Shown piece after piece: positions 38,845 through 48,732 of a stretch of 64,000 nucleotides of DNA (position 1 is the first letter of the stretch; every line of letters starts with the position of its first letter). The stretch covers positions 64,001 to 128,000 of the forward strand of contig OZ223521.1 in NCBI GenBank assembly GCA_965140785.1, given 5' to 3'. The translations under genes and the position numbers were made by a program. The DNA is from an uncultured Ruficoccus sp. (GTDB lineage: Bacteria > Verrucomicrobiota > Verrucomicrobiia > Opitutales > Cerasicoccaceae). The notes beneath the pieces were generated by a model. The model was not told where the DNA came from, did no database searches, and worked only from the letters and a program-made list of their open reading frames with translations.

Positions 38845-39660
38845 ATGAAACGAAAACTATCGTTGTTAGCCGCCTTGCTATCTCTCTCTGCACTGTTCTC
38901 TTCAACCGCAGATGCTGTTGTTTTATATCGGCAGGTATTTGGCTTGGCTGAGGGCAGCAGTAACAAACTGCTTACGGATGTTGGTTGGGCTGCCTATTAT
39001 GGCCGTAATAGTGAGCTTCAGGTAGGGAGTAGTTATTATTGTCTGAGATCCTATCCTAGTGCTCCAGGCACAACAGACTTAGAAAATGTCAATTCCTCTG
39101 TTACGGCCGCTTCTCTGACACATGGTGTTGGCCGCTTTTATTATTTTCCATCCGGAAGCGGCCCGAATCCTGGCAACATTTATATTCCGAATGCAACGGA
39201 GCAGGCTGCTTTTGGCACGATTGATTATGATAATTATCAGAGCCTGACATTAAGTGTTTACTCCCAGGACCCCTCCCTTACTTTTCGGTTTATTGTAGAA
39301 ATCACTACGGGCGGTGGTACGACTGCGTGGGTGGCTACGGACAGTTATACGAACACAAATGAGTGGCAGAAGCATATACTCAATTACACGGAAGACCCCA
39401 GCCAGTGGTACTCGCTCACTTTTGTGAAGGAATCCGGTGTTCCGATTACAATCTCCTCGGACACGCTAGCGGGCCAGAGTATCGCGTTCCCGGATGGGGA
39501 AATCACTAATTTTGGTATTTTGGTCGATGAGGGGGGTAAAACGGGGATTGACTTTGATGCCTTTGAGGTCACGGGCGTCATTCCTGAGCCGGCGGCCTAC
39601 AGCGCAGTCTTTGGGGGGGTGCTGCTGATGGTCCTCTGTGTGCGCCGTCGCCGCAGCTAA
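38845..39660 (+). CDS. PEP-CTERM surface protein
   Basis: Signal peptide; C-terminal IPEPAAYSAVFGGVLLMVLCVRRRRS. Confidence 0.9.
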   Translation: MKRKLSLLAALLSLSALFSSTADAVVLYRQVFGLAEGSSNKLLTDVGWAAYYGRNSELQVGSSYYCLRSYPSAPGTTDLENVNSSVTAASLTHGVGRFYYFPSGSGPNPGNIYIPNATEQAAFGTIDYDNYQSLTLSVYSQDPSLTFRFIVEITTGGGTTAWVATDSYTNTNEWQKHILNYTEDPSQWYSLTFVKESGVPITISSDTLAGQSIAFPDGEITNFGILVDEGGKTGIDFDAFEVTGVIPEPAAYSAVFGGVLLMVLCVRRRRS

Positions 39661-39680
39661 AGAATCGCTCCTTTCCTATC

Positions 39681-39716
39681 AAACTCCGTCCTGCACAGGT
39701 GGGACGGAGTTTTTTT
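39681..39716 (+). terminator. Rho-independent terminator
   Basis: AAACTCCGTCC-loop-GGACGGAGTTT followed by a T run, just after the PEP-CTERM stop. Confidence 0.85.
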
Positions 39717-39797
39717 GTGCCGGACGGAGAAGAAGAGCCCAAGGCCATGCAAGTGGCTTGAGCGGGCGCAAAGGCTACAGGGCGGACAGGCGGGATA

Positions 39798-40820
39798 TCA
39801 GACTGACCGCACACTTTTGCCCTCATGCCACTGGGGAGTGATCAAGTACTGGCCCGCATGCGACGGGACCCCGACCTTGTTACGTTCGATATGGCTGATA
39901 AGCAGGTCGGCGGCGAGCGCTCCGATATCGTCGAATAACCGCTCCATGTGGGCAAAGAAGGGATCGTGGTCGTTTCCCATCGCAATGATGCCGATGTCAT
40001 CCGGACAGCGAAGGCCGATCGACTGGCAAATCTCGAGAATCTCCTTCGGTTGCGCCGTCATGATCGCATCCGGCTTTTGTGTACGGAGCCAGTTTTTGAT
40101 CTTTCTGGTTTCGCTGCGGTGTGCGCTCAGGAGGGGAATGCGCTCGGCCGGTTTGAGGTTCATCTGGTAGGCCATGTAGCCACCGATTTCATGGCCGCGT
40201 GAGCGTACATTTTCGAGCACGGAAATAATGAACCCGATCTTGCGGTAACCGAGCTTTCTACATTTTTCCATGCACCCATAGGTCGACTCGTAGTTATTAG
40301 TCGCTACACGGTCGAAATCCGGCTGCATCACCCCATAGCCGATGGCGATGATCGGATAGGAATTCCATGGTAGCTCAAAGCCCTGCGTCTGCGGTGGGAG
40401 CGAACCGATGATAATGCCGCAGATGCCCCGGGCGTTGAGAAGCCTCTGCATGGACTTAGCGGTTCCCTTGGTTTCTTCGGTCCGGACTTCTTCAAGCAGG
40501 TAACCTTTGCGGGCGGCCTGATCCTGGGCGGCGGAAAATATCTCAGCGAGGTAGCTGTTAGGGCGTATGGGGCCTGGGTAGGGGTTACAGGTTACGTAGG
40601 CGATATTTGCCTGAAAACTGTTGCCTGACTTTCGGCGGCGCGAGGCGATGAGGGCAGATACCAAGGGATTGGGACGATAGCCCATCGCCTCGCATTGCTG
40701 GTGTACACGCTCGCGCATCTGTGGGGAGATACGCGGGTCATTTCGCAAGGCCCGAGAGATGGTGGTCTGATGACAGCCCAGGGCTTTTGCGACATCTGCC
40801 ATTGATATTTTGGGGTCCAT
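39798..40820 (-). CDS. LacI-family transcriptional regulator
   Basis: ISMADVAKALGCHQTTISRALRNDPRIS; MGYRPNP; GLRCPDDIGI. Confidence 0.92.
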   Translation of the reverse strand: MDPKISMADVAKALGCHQTTISRALRNDPRISPQMRERVHQQCEAMGYRPNPLVSALIASRRRKSGNSFQANIAYVTCNPYPGPIRPNSYLAEIFSAAQDQAARKGYLLEEVRTEETKGTAKSMQRLLNARGICGIIIGSLPPQTQGFELPWNSYPIIAIGYGVMQPDFDRVATNNYESTYGCMEKCRKLGYRKIGFIISVLENVRSRGHEIGGYMAYQMNLKPAERIPLLSAHRSETRKIKNWLRTQKPDAIMTAQPKEILEICQSIGLRCPDDIGIIAMGNDHDPFFAHMERLFDDIGALAADLLISHIERNKVGVPSHAGQYLITPQWHEGKSVRSV

Positions 40821-41051
40821 GGGTCGGCCGGGTAGAGTGAAATTACAAGCGACAGGTTCAGTATGGTATTTTGCCCTGAAAGTTCAAGGATTACGGTCGT
40901 CGCTTGCGCCTGACCATTTTCAGGGATGCCTTGCCTCGAATCAATAAAACGAGGAATCCAGAGCTGGCTTTACCGATGCATAACGCCCTTTGACGACGCG
41001 AGCTTACATCCCCCCCTGTGATTCACAAATAGTGATTCTCTTTATGGACAA

Positions 41052-41083
41052 ACAAGCCCTTCAGCGAGGGCTGAAGGGCTTGT
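41052..41083 (-). terminator. Probable intrinsic terminator hairpin
   Basis: Perfect 14-bp stem ACAAGCCCTTCAGC-GAGG-GCTGAAGGGCTTGT, just downstream of the 41106 stop. Confidence 0.75.
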
Positions 41084-41105
41084 CGAGATGCAGTTGGATG
41101 GGATT

Positions 41106-44100
41106 TTATTCCTGGTATTGGGGTATGAGTGTGAACCACTCAAAATGAGCGGCCGGGAGGTCAATAACCAGGGGTTTCCCTTCTTTGACGGTGAGGGTGA
41201 CGGGCTCGGTGATTGCTGAAGGATTGTCGATCGGCAGCGGGACTGAAATGTCCCCTTCGGCGGCGCCGTGTATGGTCATCTCCGCGTTCTTGCGGTATTT
41301 CATGGACTTACACTCGAAAATGTAGGTGCCCGGTGCGACATCGACCTGGAAGGGCGTCGTTTTGTTCATCTGTACTGCGTCTTTATCGAGCAAGCTCTTG
41401 AGCCAGTGGGCATTGATGTTTTTACCCGAGACCTTTTCTAAAAATCCGAAGCCCTTTTCTGGCGTGTAGAGGTCTTCTTTCACGACCGTGGTAAAGGGGC
41501 GGATGTAGCCGACTTTTTTCTTCCCGACATCTTCATGTGAGCCGAAGTCGAAGAGGTAGGGGTTGCATTCTGAGAGAAAGGCCATTTTCTTGCGCCGTTC
41601 GGTCTCCCTCTGAATCGCCTGATTCAGCAGCGCCTGGACGACTTCTTCGTTCGCGATATCTCTGAGGTAGAGGGGGAACGGCCCGAGCTGAAAGCTCTCG
41701 TTCAGGATTTGCTCACTTTTAGCGCCAAAAGCGTTCGTGACCTGGCATTTGCCCAGATTGATCCCGAGGGGGACATTGTCCTCGTAGGAATGGGCCGTGA
41801 GCATATAGCCGTCTGCGGTTCGCCAGTAGTAGATCCAGACACGGGGGTCGTCGGTTTTCAGGCGGTGTGAGCGAAGTGTCGTGACCGTGTCCATCTGACG
41901 GATCATCGTGGCCATGGTAAAATACGATGCGCGTAGCGATCCGTCGTTGCGGATGAGTCCGGCTCCACCGTGGTGAGTGGGAGTTGACCCGGCGATGCGG
42001 TAGATCATGACTTTTTCGATGCCGTTGGCTAAAGCGATCATGCAGCTACGGGGGAGCTTGCCGGCTTGGTGGCGTTCGGTGCGTCCGATCGGGCCACCGA
42101 CATCGTAGCCCATTTCGGTGACCCAGATGGGCATACCGGGTTTGAGTTTGTCGCGCCAGTCAGCCAGTTCCATCAGGTATTGCTCGATGGTTTTCGAGTT
42201 GGCTTCACCCTTGCCGGTCCGGTTGGCATTCGGGTCCCGGGTGGCCGTTTCCGGCTCTTGCTTACCGGTGTAGTAGTGGACGCTCAAGACATCGGTGAAA
42301 TCCAGGGGCGTCTTGCCGTCGCTGTAGGTGTAAGTGGCCATGGTGTCGATCCAGTCCATGGTGATTCCTGCCCATCCGCCGTTGGAGGTCACTGCGTCCG
42401 GGTTGATCTTTTTAAGTGCCTCGGCACCGACGCGGTACAGCTCATAGAACTCTTCGATTGGCCCGACGAAGAAGCCCCAGCTCTTGTTCGTGAGGTTTTG
42501 CTCATTCCAGAGTTCGAAGGTGGTGATGTAGCCCAGACCGCTTTTCTTGTCTTTAGTGAGGAGAAGGTCGGGTGAGACTTTTTTGCTGCCGTAGCGGGCA
42601 ACTGCCTGCGCGACGGCCTTGCCGTAGTCTTCATTGTTTTTGGGGGCGTAGCGCTTGCGGTTCTTTTTCACATCGGGCGGTGCGGAGGTGGCCCATTTGG
42701 GCGTTTCAAAGATATAGGGCAGGATTGAGAGCCCGGCCTTGTGGAATTCCCCGAAATACTCATCAAAGGGGACGTGCCAGGGGCCGACGGACCCGTCGAA
42801 GCCGAAGTCGTTAGGAGCGGGGTTGTAGAAAGGCCATTTCAGGTTTTCAAACCGGACCCAGCCAAAGCCTACCCGAGTCATCTGCGGGATATAGTGGGGA
42901 CTGTTAGTGTTGATGCCGAAGCGCGATTCGGGGCGGATTTCGACCGAGCCTTCGGGCATGACAAAGTAGTCCCCGATTTTGACTTTAGTGCCCTGTTCGG
43001 TCTCATACTTGACCCCGAAAAGGTAGGCGTTGGGGCCGAGCGGTTGGCTCGGTTTTATCGAAACCATTTTAAAGGAGTGCGGGGGGATCACGAATTTACT
43101 CGTCTGCTCATCGACAGTCTCTCCGACGGTGGGGATCGCAATCGTTTCGTCGGCTAGTCCGTCATAAACACGGATCGAGCCCAGTGACCGAAAAAGGCCA
43201 GGGAGATTATCTCCATGATCGTGGTGACGGATTCGCAGTAGGCGTGCCTGGACTGGAGAGGAGAGCTTTACTTGTACGTATTTCCAGTTTTTGTACAGGT
43301 CGATGTTCTGAAGCTCGGCGACCGGCTTGTAGTTACGCCCGTCAGTGGACACATCAATATCGACGCTGCGGATCCAGTTGCCGTCTCCGGGCTTGAGGTC
43401 AATGGCCGTGATCGGGCGAACCTGCCCCAGGTCCAGTATTTCGAAGAGTTCTGTGTAGCCCTCCTTGGGCATAACCGGCTGCAGGCAGGTGTCCTCCAAG
43501 CCGTCAGTAAGCGTGTTGTCGTCAACACGTTCACCGCCGATGACGAACCAGCTTTTCGTGCCCTGAGCGTGGTCACTGCCCAGCTCAGGGTCGGGGAGCT
43601 CCGGAGTCTGGTACTGGGGGTTGGTCTGCAAGCTGCTGTGAACGGTCAGCGTCTGAGGGCTGGCCGTAAAGTTGTGAACGATAAGTGAGCCAGTAAAGGT
43701 GTCTCCTGGCTCACCCCAAGGCGGAGAACTGAGCTGCAGCTGGAAAGAAGGGCTGTCAGCGTTGTGTTGGGAGACTGCGGTAAGTGCGTCGACGACGACG
43801 GAGGAGCGACCTGCGCCGCCGGCAAACCAGACGATGTGCACACTTTTTAAGGGTAAGTCCACTTTACCGTTTTTGTCCGGTTGTTTATAGGCGGGGCGAT
43901 AGCCTCCGTCCTGGAGGTTGGTCTCCACCCATTTCCAACCCTCCCAGTCTGCATCGACGAGCGAATACAAAGCTTCGCCTTCGGCATCGTGCACCTGGAA
44001 TCCTACCTGGCGGGTATTTGACTCGGGAGTAAGATAGACCCACATGCCCAGTTCCTCAATCTCACCCTCCGGGGTGACAGAGAGGGTGTAGTCGCCTTTT

Positions 44101-44408
44101 GAGCTTCCGCCCTCGGCGTCGGCGGAGAGCTCGACCGCGTGTTGCCCGACCTTTGCTGCGACACCATCGTAGGGAAGGGCTTGTTTGTTGGACATTTTAT
44201 ATGCGTCTTTCCCGGCGATATCGCCAGCATCGAGTGGGGAAAGAAGCAGGATTTGCTTACCCTCAGCTGCCGCCCGGTCATGAGCGGAGTTTTCAGGGAC
44301 GACCTCCTCACCGTAGAGGGCCGCTGGAGTCGCGGTAGCGATCAGTCCGAGCAGTAGTAGACGAGGGAGGCGTGTCGGGGTCAGCCGTAAGTTATGAGGA
44401 TACTTCAT
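41106..44408 (-). CDS. Large secreted multidomain protein: beta-sandwich + discoidin (F5/8) + GH-A/GH39-like TIM barrel
   Basis: Signal peptide from ATG 44408; DWEGWKWVE; ILDLGQVRPI...VSTDG...ARLLRI (discoidin); FELWNE, DVLSVHYY, IWVTEMGY. Confidence 0.72.
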   Translation of the reverse strand: MKYPHNLRLTPTRLPRLLLLGLIATATPAALYGEEVVPENSAHDRAAAEGKQILLLSPLDAGDIAGKDAYKMSNKQALPYDGVAAKVGQHAVELSADAEGGSSKGDYTLSVTPEGEIEELGMWVYLTPESNTRQVGFQVHDAEGEALYSLVDADWEGWKWVETNLQDGGYRPAYKQPDKNGKVDLPLKSVHIVWFAGGAGRSSVVVDALTAVSQHNADSPSFQLQLSSPPWGEPGDTFTGSLIVHNFTASPQTLTVHSSLQTNPQYQTPELPDPELGSDHAQGTKSWFVIGGERVDDNTLTDGLEDTCLQPVMPKEGYTELFEILDLGQVRPITAIDLKPGDGNWIRSVDIDVSTDGRNYKPVAELQNIDLYKNWKYVQVKLSSPVQARLLRIRHHDHGDNLPGLFRSLGSIRVYDGLADETIAIPTVGETVDEQTSKFVIPPHSFKMVSIKPSQPLGPNAYLFGVKYETEQGTKVKIGDYFVMPEGSVEIRPESRFGINTNSPHYIPQMTRVGFGWVRFENLKWPFYNPAPNDFGFDGSVGPWHVPFDEYFGEFHKAGLSILPYIFETPKWATSAPPDVKKNRKRYAPKNNEDYGKAVAQAVARYGSKKVSPDLLLTKDKKSGLGYITTFELWNEQNLTNKSWGFFVGPIEEFYELYRVGAEALKKINPDAVTSNGGWAGITMDWIDTMATYTYSDGKTPLDFTDVLSVHYYTGKQEPETATRDPNANRTGKGEANSKTIEQYLMELADWRDKLKPGMPIWVTEMGYDVGGPIGRTERHQAGKLPRSCMIALANGIEKVMIYRIAGSTPTHHGGAGLIRNDGSLRASYFTMATMIRQMDTVTTLRSHRLKTDDPRVWIYYWRTADGYMLTAHSYEDNVPLGINLGKCQVTNAFGAKSEQILNESFQLGPFPLYLRDIANEEVVQALLNQAIQRETERRKKMAFLSECNPYLFDFGSHEDVGKKKVGYIRPFTTVVKEDLYTPEKGFGFLEKVSGKNINAHWLKSLLDKDAVQMNKTTPFQVDVAPGTYIFECKSMKYRKNAEMTIHGAAEGDISVPLPIDNPSAITEPVTLTVKEGKPLVIDLPAAHFEWFTLIPQYQE

Positions 44409-44538
44409 AGCTTGATAATGAACGAGCGGGGTGAGGTTTTCTGCGTTGGCCTGACGATTCAGCGAGGTCCGCAGTGATTCGACCAAGCTTAAATGAAGGG
44501 ACACTCGGTGAAAGCGTAATATGCCGATTGAGCTGTTA

Positions 44539-44585
44539 AACCGGTATGCTTATAGGATTGTACGGGGGACATTGTCATACCGGTT
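44539..44585. promoter_or_regulatory. Pair of inverted operator-like boxes AACCGGTATG ... CATACCGGTT
   Basis: Perfect 10-bp inverted repeat with a 27-bp spacer in the divergent promoter region between 44408(-) and 44672(+). Confidence 0.55.
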
Positions 44586-44671
44586 CTTTGCTGCAAACGG
44601 TGATCGAACTTGAATGCTCAGCGATAACGCGCGCAAGCTGGTTGCCTGTACGATCCTGACATAATCCGGCC

Positions 44672-46828
44672 ATGAATCCCTACCAAGACCCAAGCGTACC
44701 GATCGAAAATAGAGTGTCCGACCTGATCGCGCGTATGTCTCTGCGCGAGAAAATCGGGCAACTGAACCAAGTCTTTGCGACGGACAAAACGGAAATGGAG
44801 CTACTGCCGCTCATTCGTGAGGGCGGTGCCGGGTCGCGCATACTGGCCAGTTCCTGGCACGCGGGCAGCGATGAGGACCAGCAGTTTGCCTACGAGGCTC
44901 TGCATGAGTGCCAGCGTGTGGCTGTGGAAGAGAGCCGACTGGGGATACCTCTGATCTTTGCCCGTGACGTGATTCATGGACACCTGACCATCTTTCCCAT
45001 CCCGCTGGCGCAGGCAGCTAGTTGGAACCCATCTATCGTACAGCAAGCCGCTCGCATCGCTGCCCGGGAGGCGGCGGCGGACTATGTGCACTGGACCCTG
45101 GCGCCGATGCTGGATGTCGCGCGTGATCCACGCTGGGGCAGGGTGATCGAGGGCTGCGGCGAAGACCCCTGGCTGTGTGGTCAAATGGCCAAGGCCATGG
45201 TGCGTGGCTTCCAGGGGGACAACCTGAGAGACCCCGATGCCGTTCTTTCCTGTGCCAAGCACTTTGCCGGCTATGGTGCCGCCGAGGGAGGACGTGATTA
45301 CAACACCGTGGAGATTTCGGAAAACACCCTGCGCAATGTTTACCTGCCGCCTTTTCAGGCTGCGCTGGAGGAAGGTGTTGGCTCTGTGATGTGCGCCTTT
45401 CACGACCTGAACGGAACCCCATGCACGACCCACCGTTTTTTACTTAAGCAAGTGCTTCGTCAGGAGTGGGGATTTGCCGGCATTGTTATCAGTGACTGGG
45501 ATTCCATTAAGGACACGGTGCTTCATGGAACCGCCGAAGACCAGGCAGATGCCGCGAGTCAGGCGATCAAGGTCGGCGTGGATATGGAAATGGTTGACGC
45601 CTGTTATCGGGGGAATCTGGAAAAACTGGTGGGGGACGGTCGGGTTGAAGAGTCCTGTATCGATGAGGCGGTGGCCCGCATCCTCCACGCGAAGTTTTCT
45701 CTCGGGCTCTTTGAACGCCCGTACACTCCCAATGGCGGACAACAGGCGGTGCACTTGTTGCCTGAGCATCTTGACTGCGCCTATCAACTGGCTGTCGAGT
45801 CTGCTGTGCTGCTCAAAAATGAAGCCGGGATATTACCGATAGAGTGTGAAGCCGCCGGTCGAGTCGCATTGATCGGGCCCTTGTGCCAAGCCCAGCGGGA
45901 GCTGCTTGGCAACTGGACACTGGATGGGCGTGCCAGCGATGTGACGAGTATTCAAAATGCCATGACAGATGTCATGCCTGACTTGTTGGTCTGCGATGCG
46001 GGTGCTCCCGCCGATACGCAACTGCGGCGCGCTCGGGCGGCCGATACGGTCATTATTGTTGTGGGTGAGGATCATCAACGAAACGGAGAGAACGCCAATG
46101 TCGCGGAGCTTGCCCTGCCACCGGGGCAGGAGGAACTGGTTGCCGCCGTGCATGCGCTAGGCAAGAAAATTATATTGGTCGTATGTGCGGGAAGGCCTCT
46201 TGTGATGACGCGTATTGAACCGATGGCGTCGGCGATCCTGTGGATGTGGCATCCGGGGACAGAGGGCGGCAAGGCGGCCGTTGACTTGCTCGTGGGCAAA
46301 GTGGTTCCTAGTGGAAAGCTGCCGATCACATTTCCGCGTGCGACCGGGCAGGTGCCGATTTATTATAACTACAAACGTACGTGTCGCCCGGTTGACGACT
46401 ACTATGGCAAGGATTCCCGTTACCTGGATTTGCCCGGAAGGCCCTTGTATCCCTTTGGTTTCGGCCTCAGCTACACGCAGTTCTCCTATTCAGACTTTAA
46501 GCTTGATGCCGAATCCGTTGACTTTGGTGGGAGCGTGACGGCCTCGGTCATGGTGACTAATACCGGAATGCGGGCCGGAGACGAAATTGTCCAGTGCTAT
46601 GTCCGCGATGACTGCGCCAGCACCACGCGCCCGGTTCGGGAGCTAAAGGGTTTCCACAAGTTACACCTGGAGCCTGGTCAATCTGAGCGGGTGGAGTTTC
46701 GCCTCGGCGAGCAGGAGCTGGGCTTTTACGGAGATGAACAAAGGTGGGTCGTCGAAGCCGGTACCTTTCATGTGTGGATAGGGGCGGACAGTACGGCAAC
46801 GCTGGGCGGGACGTTCCGCATGGGGTAA
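44672..46828 (+). CDS. bglX: GH3 beta-glucosidase (BglX-like)
   Basis: RLGIPLIFARDVIHG; ARDPRWGRVIEG; KHFAGYG; VISDW; PLYPFGFGLSYT; RPVRELKGF. Confidence 0.92.
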   Translation: MNPYQDPSVPIENRVSDLIARMSLREKIGQLNQVFATDKTEMELLPLIREGGAGSRILASSWHAGSDEDQQFAYEALHECQRVAVEESRLGIPLIFARDVIHGHLTIFPIPLAQAASWNPSIVQQAARIAAREAAADYVHWTLAPMLDVARDPRWGRVIEGCGEDPWLCGQMAKAMVRGFQGDNLRDPDAVLSCAKHFAGYGAAEGGRDYNTVEISENTLRNVYLPPFQAALEEGVGSVMCAFHDLNGTPCTTHRFLLKQVLRQEWGFAGIVISDWDSIKDTVLHGTAEDQADAASQAIKVGVDMEMVDACYRGNLEKLVGDGRVEESCIDEAVARILHAKFSLGLFERPYTPNGGQQAVHLLPEHLDCAYQLAVESAVLLKNEAGILPIECEAAGRVALIGPLCQAQRELLGNWTLDGRASDVTSIQNAMTDVMPDLLVCDAGAPADTQLRRARAADTVIIVVGEDHQRNGENANVAELALPPGQEELVAAVHALGKKIILVVCAGRPLVMTRIEPMASAILWMWHPGTEGGKAAVDLLVGKVVPSGKLPITFPRATGQVPIYYNYKRTCRPVDDYYGKDSRYLDLPGRPLYPFGFGLSYTQFSYSDFKLDAESVDFGGSVTASVMVTNTGMRAGDEIVQCYVRDDCASTTRPVRELKGFHKLHLEPGQSERVEFRLGEQELGFYGDEQRWVVEAGTFHVWIGADSTATLGGTFRMG

Positions 46829-46840
46829 CGCCATGGGGTG

Positions 46841-48391
46841 TTAGGGGCGGCCCGGTATCGCGCTGAAACGCAGGATTCGGCTCGTTGCGTCGTTATCCTC
46901 GCTGATGCAGTAGAGACCGATCAGCATGCCAGTGAAGCCGCCGATCACCTCTGTGGAGAGCAGGCGGGAAACTCCGTGACCGACCTCTTGCCATTGGCCT
47001 CCCTCTGGTCTCACCGAAAAAATGAAACCGTGTTGCTGACGGCAGCCGGGATACTCAAGTTCAGTGCTATCCAGGCGTAGTTCGTAGCACTCAGCCTTAC
47101 CAAGGGAGGTCTCACAGACATCCTCCTGCCCAAGGATATGCCGGGTCAGGCGGGCTCTTACCTGTCCGTCAGGGAGGCACCTGACCCCCAGCGCATAATA
47201 GCCGGAAGCATCCATGTAGGCGACTATTCCGCTCTCAACGCCGGAGGTAGAAGGCTGTAGTAATGCGTCGAAATGTCCACTGTGCCAAGCTAAACGGGTC
47301 CCAACAAAACCCTGCGGCTGGTTTCTGCTCAAGCTGTCCGAGAGTGCGTGGAGGATGAGGCCCGGAGACTCGCTGAGGCTATAAGCATTTTGGTATGAAC
47401 TGCCGAGTGTCACCCAGTTGTGAGAGAGTTTTTTCCCGTCAAAACAGTCCATCCAGGGGGGCGGTGTTTTAGCCGCCGTATCAGTGGATGTCGGGGGCGT
47501 CAATTGGAGTTCCTTGCTCTCTTCGATGACAGGCCAGCCATCGTCGGACCAGGTTACCGGAGTTATAAAGCTTTCCCTTCCGGTGATGTGCATGGGGTGA
47601 TAACCGATCGGGCGTACCCCGAGAAAAACCATCCACCAGTGTCCCGTCGCGTCCTCCACGAAGTCCGCGTGCCCGGTGTTTTGTATCGGGTGATCAGTAC
47701 CGGCGTGGCAGAGGATCGGGTTGTGTGGACAGGCAACCCATGGGCCGAGCGGTGAATCGGAACGGCCGATCATGACGCGGTGGCAGCTCTCTGTGCCCCC
47801 TTCTGCCAGCACCAGATACCAGAAGTCGCCCCGACTAAAAACATGGGGAGCCTCGGTTGCCTTACCCCCGAAACCGGATGACAAGTGCTCCCTGCGAGTG
47901 AGGCCGCGCCCGGTCAGCGGATCGAGTTCAAACTGAATCAGCCCGTAGCTTTCGCCAAGTTGAGGGTCCCAGGTTGTTTGGCATAGCGTGGTGCCATCTT
48001 CCAGAAAAGTCAGTGAGGGGTCGATGCCTCCCTGATGGCTGGAGTCGATCCAGATGGGATCGGACCAAGGCTCAGCGGGGTCTGTCGCGGTAACGATGAA
48101 GTGGCCGCCATTATCAACATTGGTAGTGATCAAGTAAAAGCGTTGGCCGTCGTGGCGCAGTGTCGGGGCATAGATTCCACCGCTGATGATGTTTTGGGCA
48201 TGTCGAAACGGCAACTGTTGCGGGCGGTCCAACAGGTGGCGCACGAATCGCCATGTGTGCAGGTCTTCGCTCGCATAGAGTGGCACTCCCGGGAATAAGC
48301 CAAAGGTACTTGTCGCTAGATAGAACGTAGAGCCAACGCGACAGATTGTCGGGTCAGGATGCATGCCAGGGAGGATAAGTCGCTTCGCCAT
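46841..48391 (-). CDS. GH43 beta-xylosidase/arabinofuranosidase family
   Basis: PGMHPDPTICRVG; GIYAPTLRH; GIDPS; EAPH; LAEGGT; TGHADFV; C-terminal GGFTG. Confidence 0.92.
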   Translation of the reverse strand: MAKRLILPGMHPDPTICRVGSTFYLATSTFGLFPGVPLYASEDLHTWRFVRHLLDRPQQLPFRHAQNIISGGIYAPTLRHDGQRFYLITTNVDNGGHFIVTATDPAEPWSDPIWIDSSHQGGIDPSLTFLEDGTTLCQTTWDPQLGESYGLIQFELDPLTGRGLTRREHLSSGFGGKATEAPHVFSRGDFWYLVLAEGGTESCHRVMIGRSDSPLGPWVACPHNPILCHAGTDHPIQNTGHADFVEDATGHWWMVFLGVRPIGYHPMHITGRESFITPVTWSDDGWPVIEESKELQLTPPTSTDTAAKTPPPWMDCFDGKKLSHNWVTLGSSYQNAYSLSESPGLILHALSDSLSRNQPQGFVGTRLAWHSGHFDALLQPSTSGVESGIVAYMDASGYYALGVRCLPDGQVRARLTRHILGQEDVCETSLGKAECYELRLDSTELEYPGCRQQHGFIFSVRPEGGQWQEVGHGVSRLLSTEVIGGFTGMLIGLYCISEDNDATSRILRFSAIPGRP

Positions 48392-48732
48392 GAGGTCAGA
48401 GTACGGGGCCGTTGGTGACTTCACGGCATGTGTTTTATGCCGGAGGGGGACGAGTCAATTCGCCGAATAATAGATCGGTTTGTTGGAGGGCATGAGACGG
48501 GTTCCTTGACTATAGACTCTGTCTTTTAATTATCTCAAGTCGTCCACTTAGCGGAAGTTTTACCGTCTTTTTTCTACGGTCCCTTACCCCAAGGCACGTT
48601 TACTCATCTCGACATATCTTCATATACCTCGCAGCGAAAGCTGCGGTTTCTGGCAGTAGAATACGATGAGGATCCGCGTTTAGAGGTTGGAAGGCAGGCC
48701 CTTGGGTTAGAATCGGTGGAGCCACTCATCGC

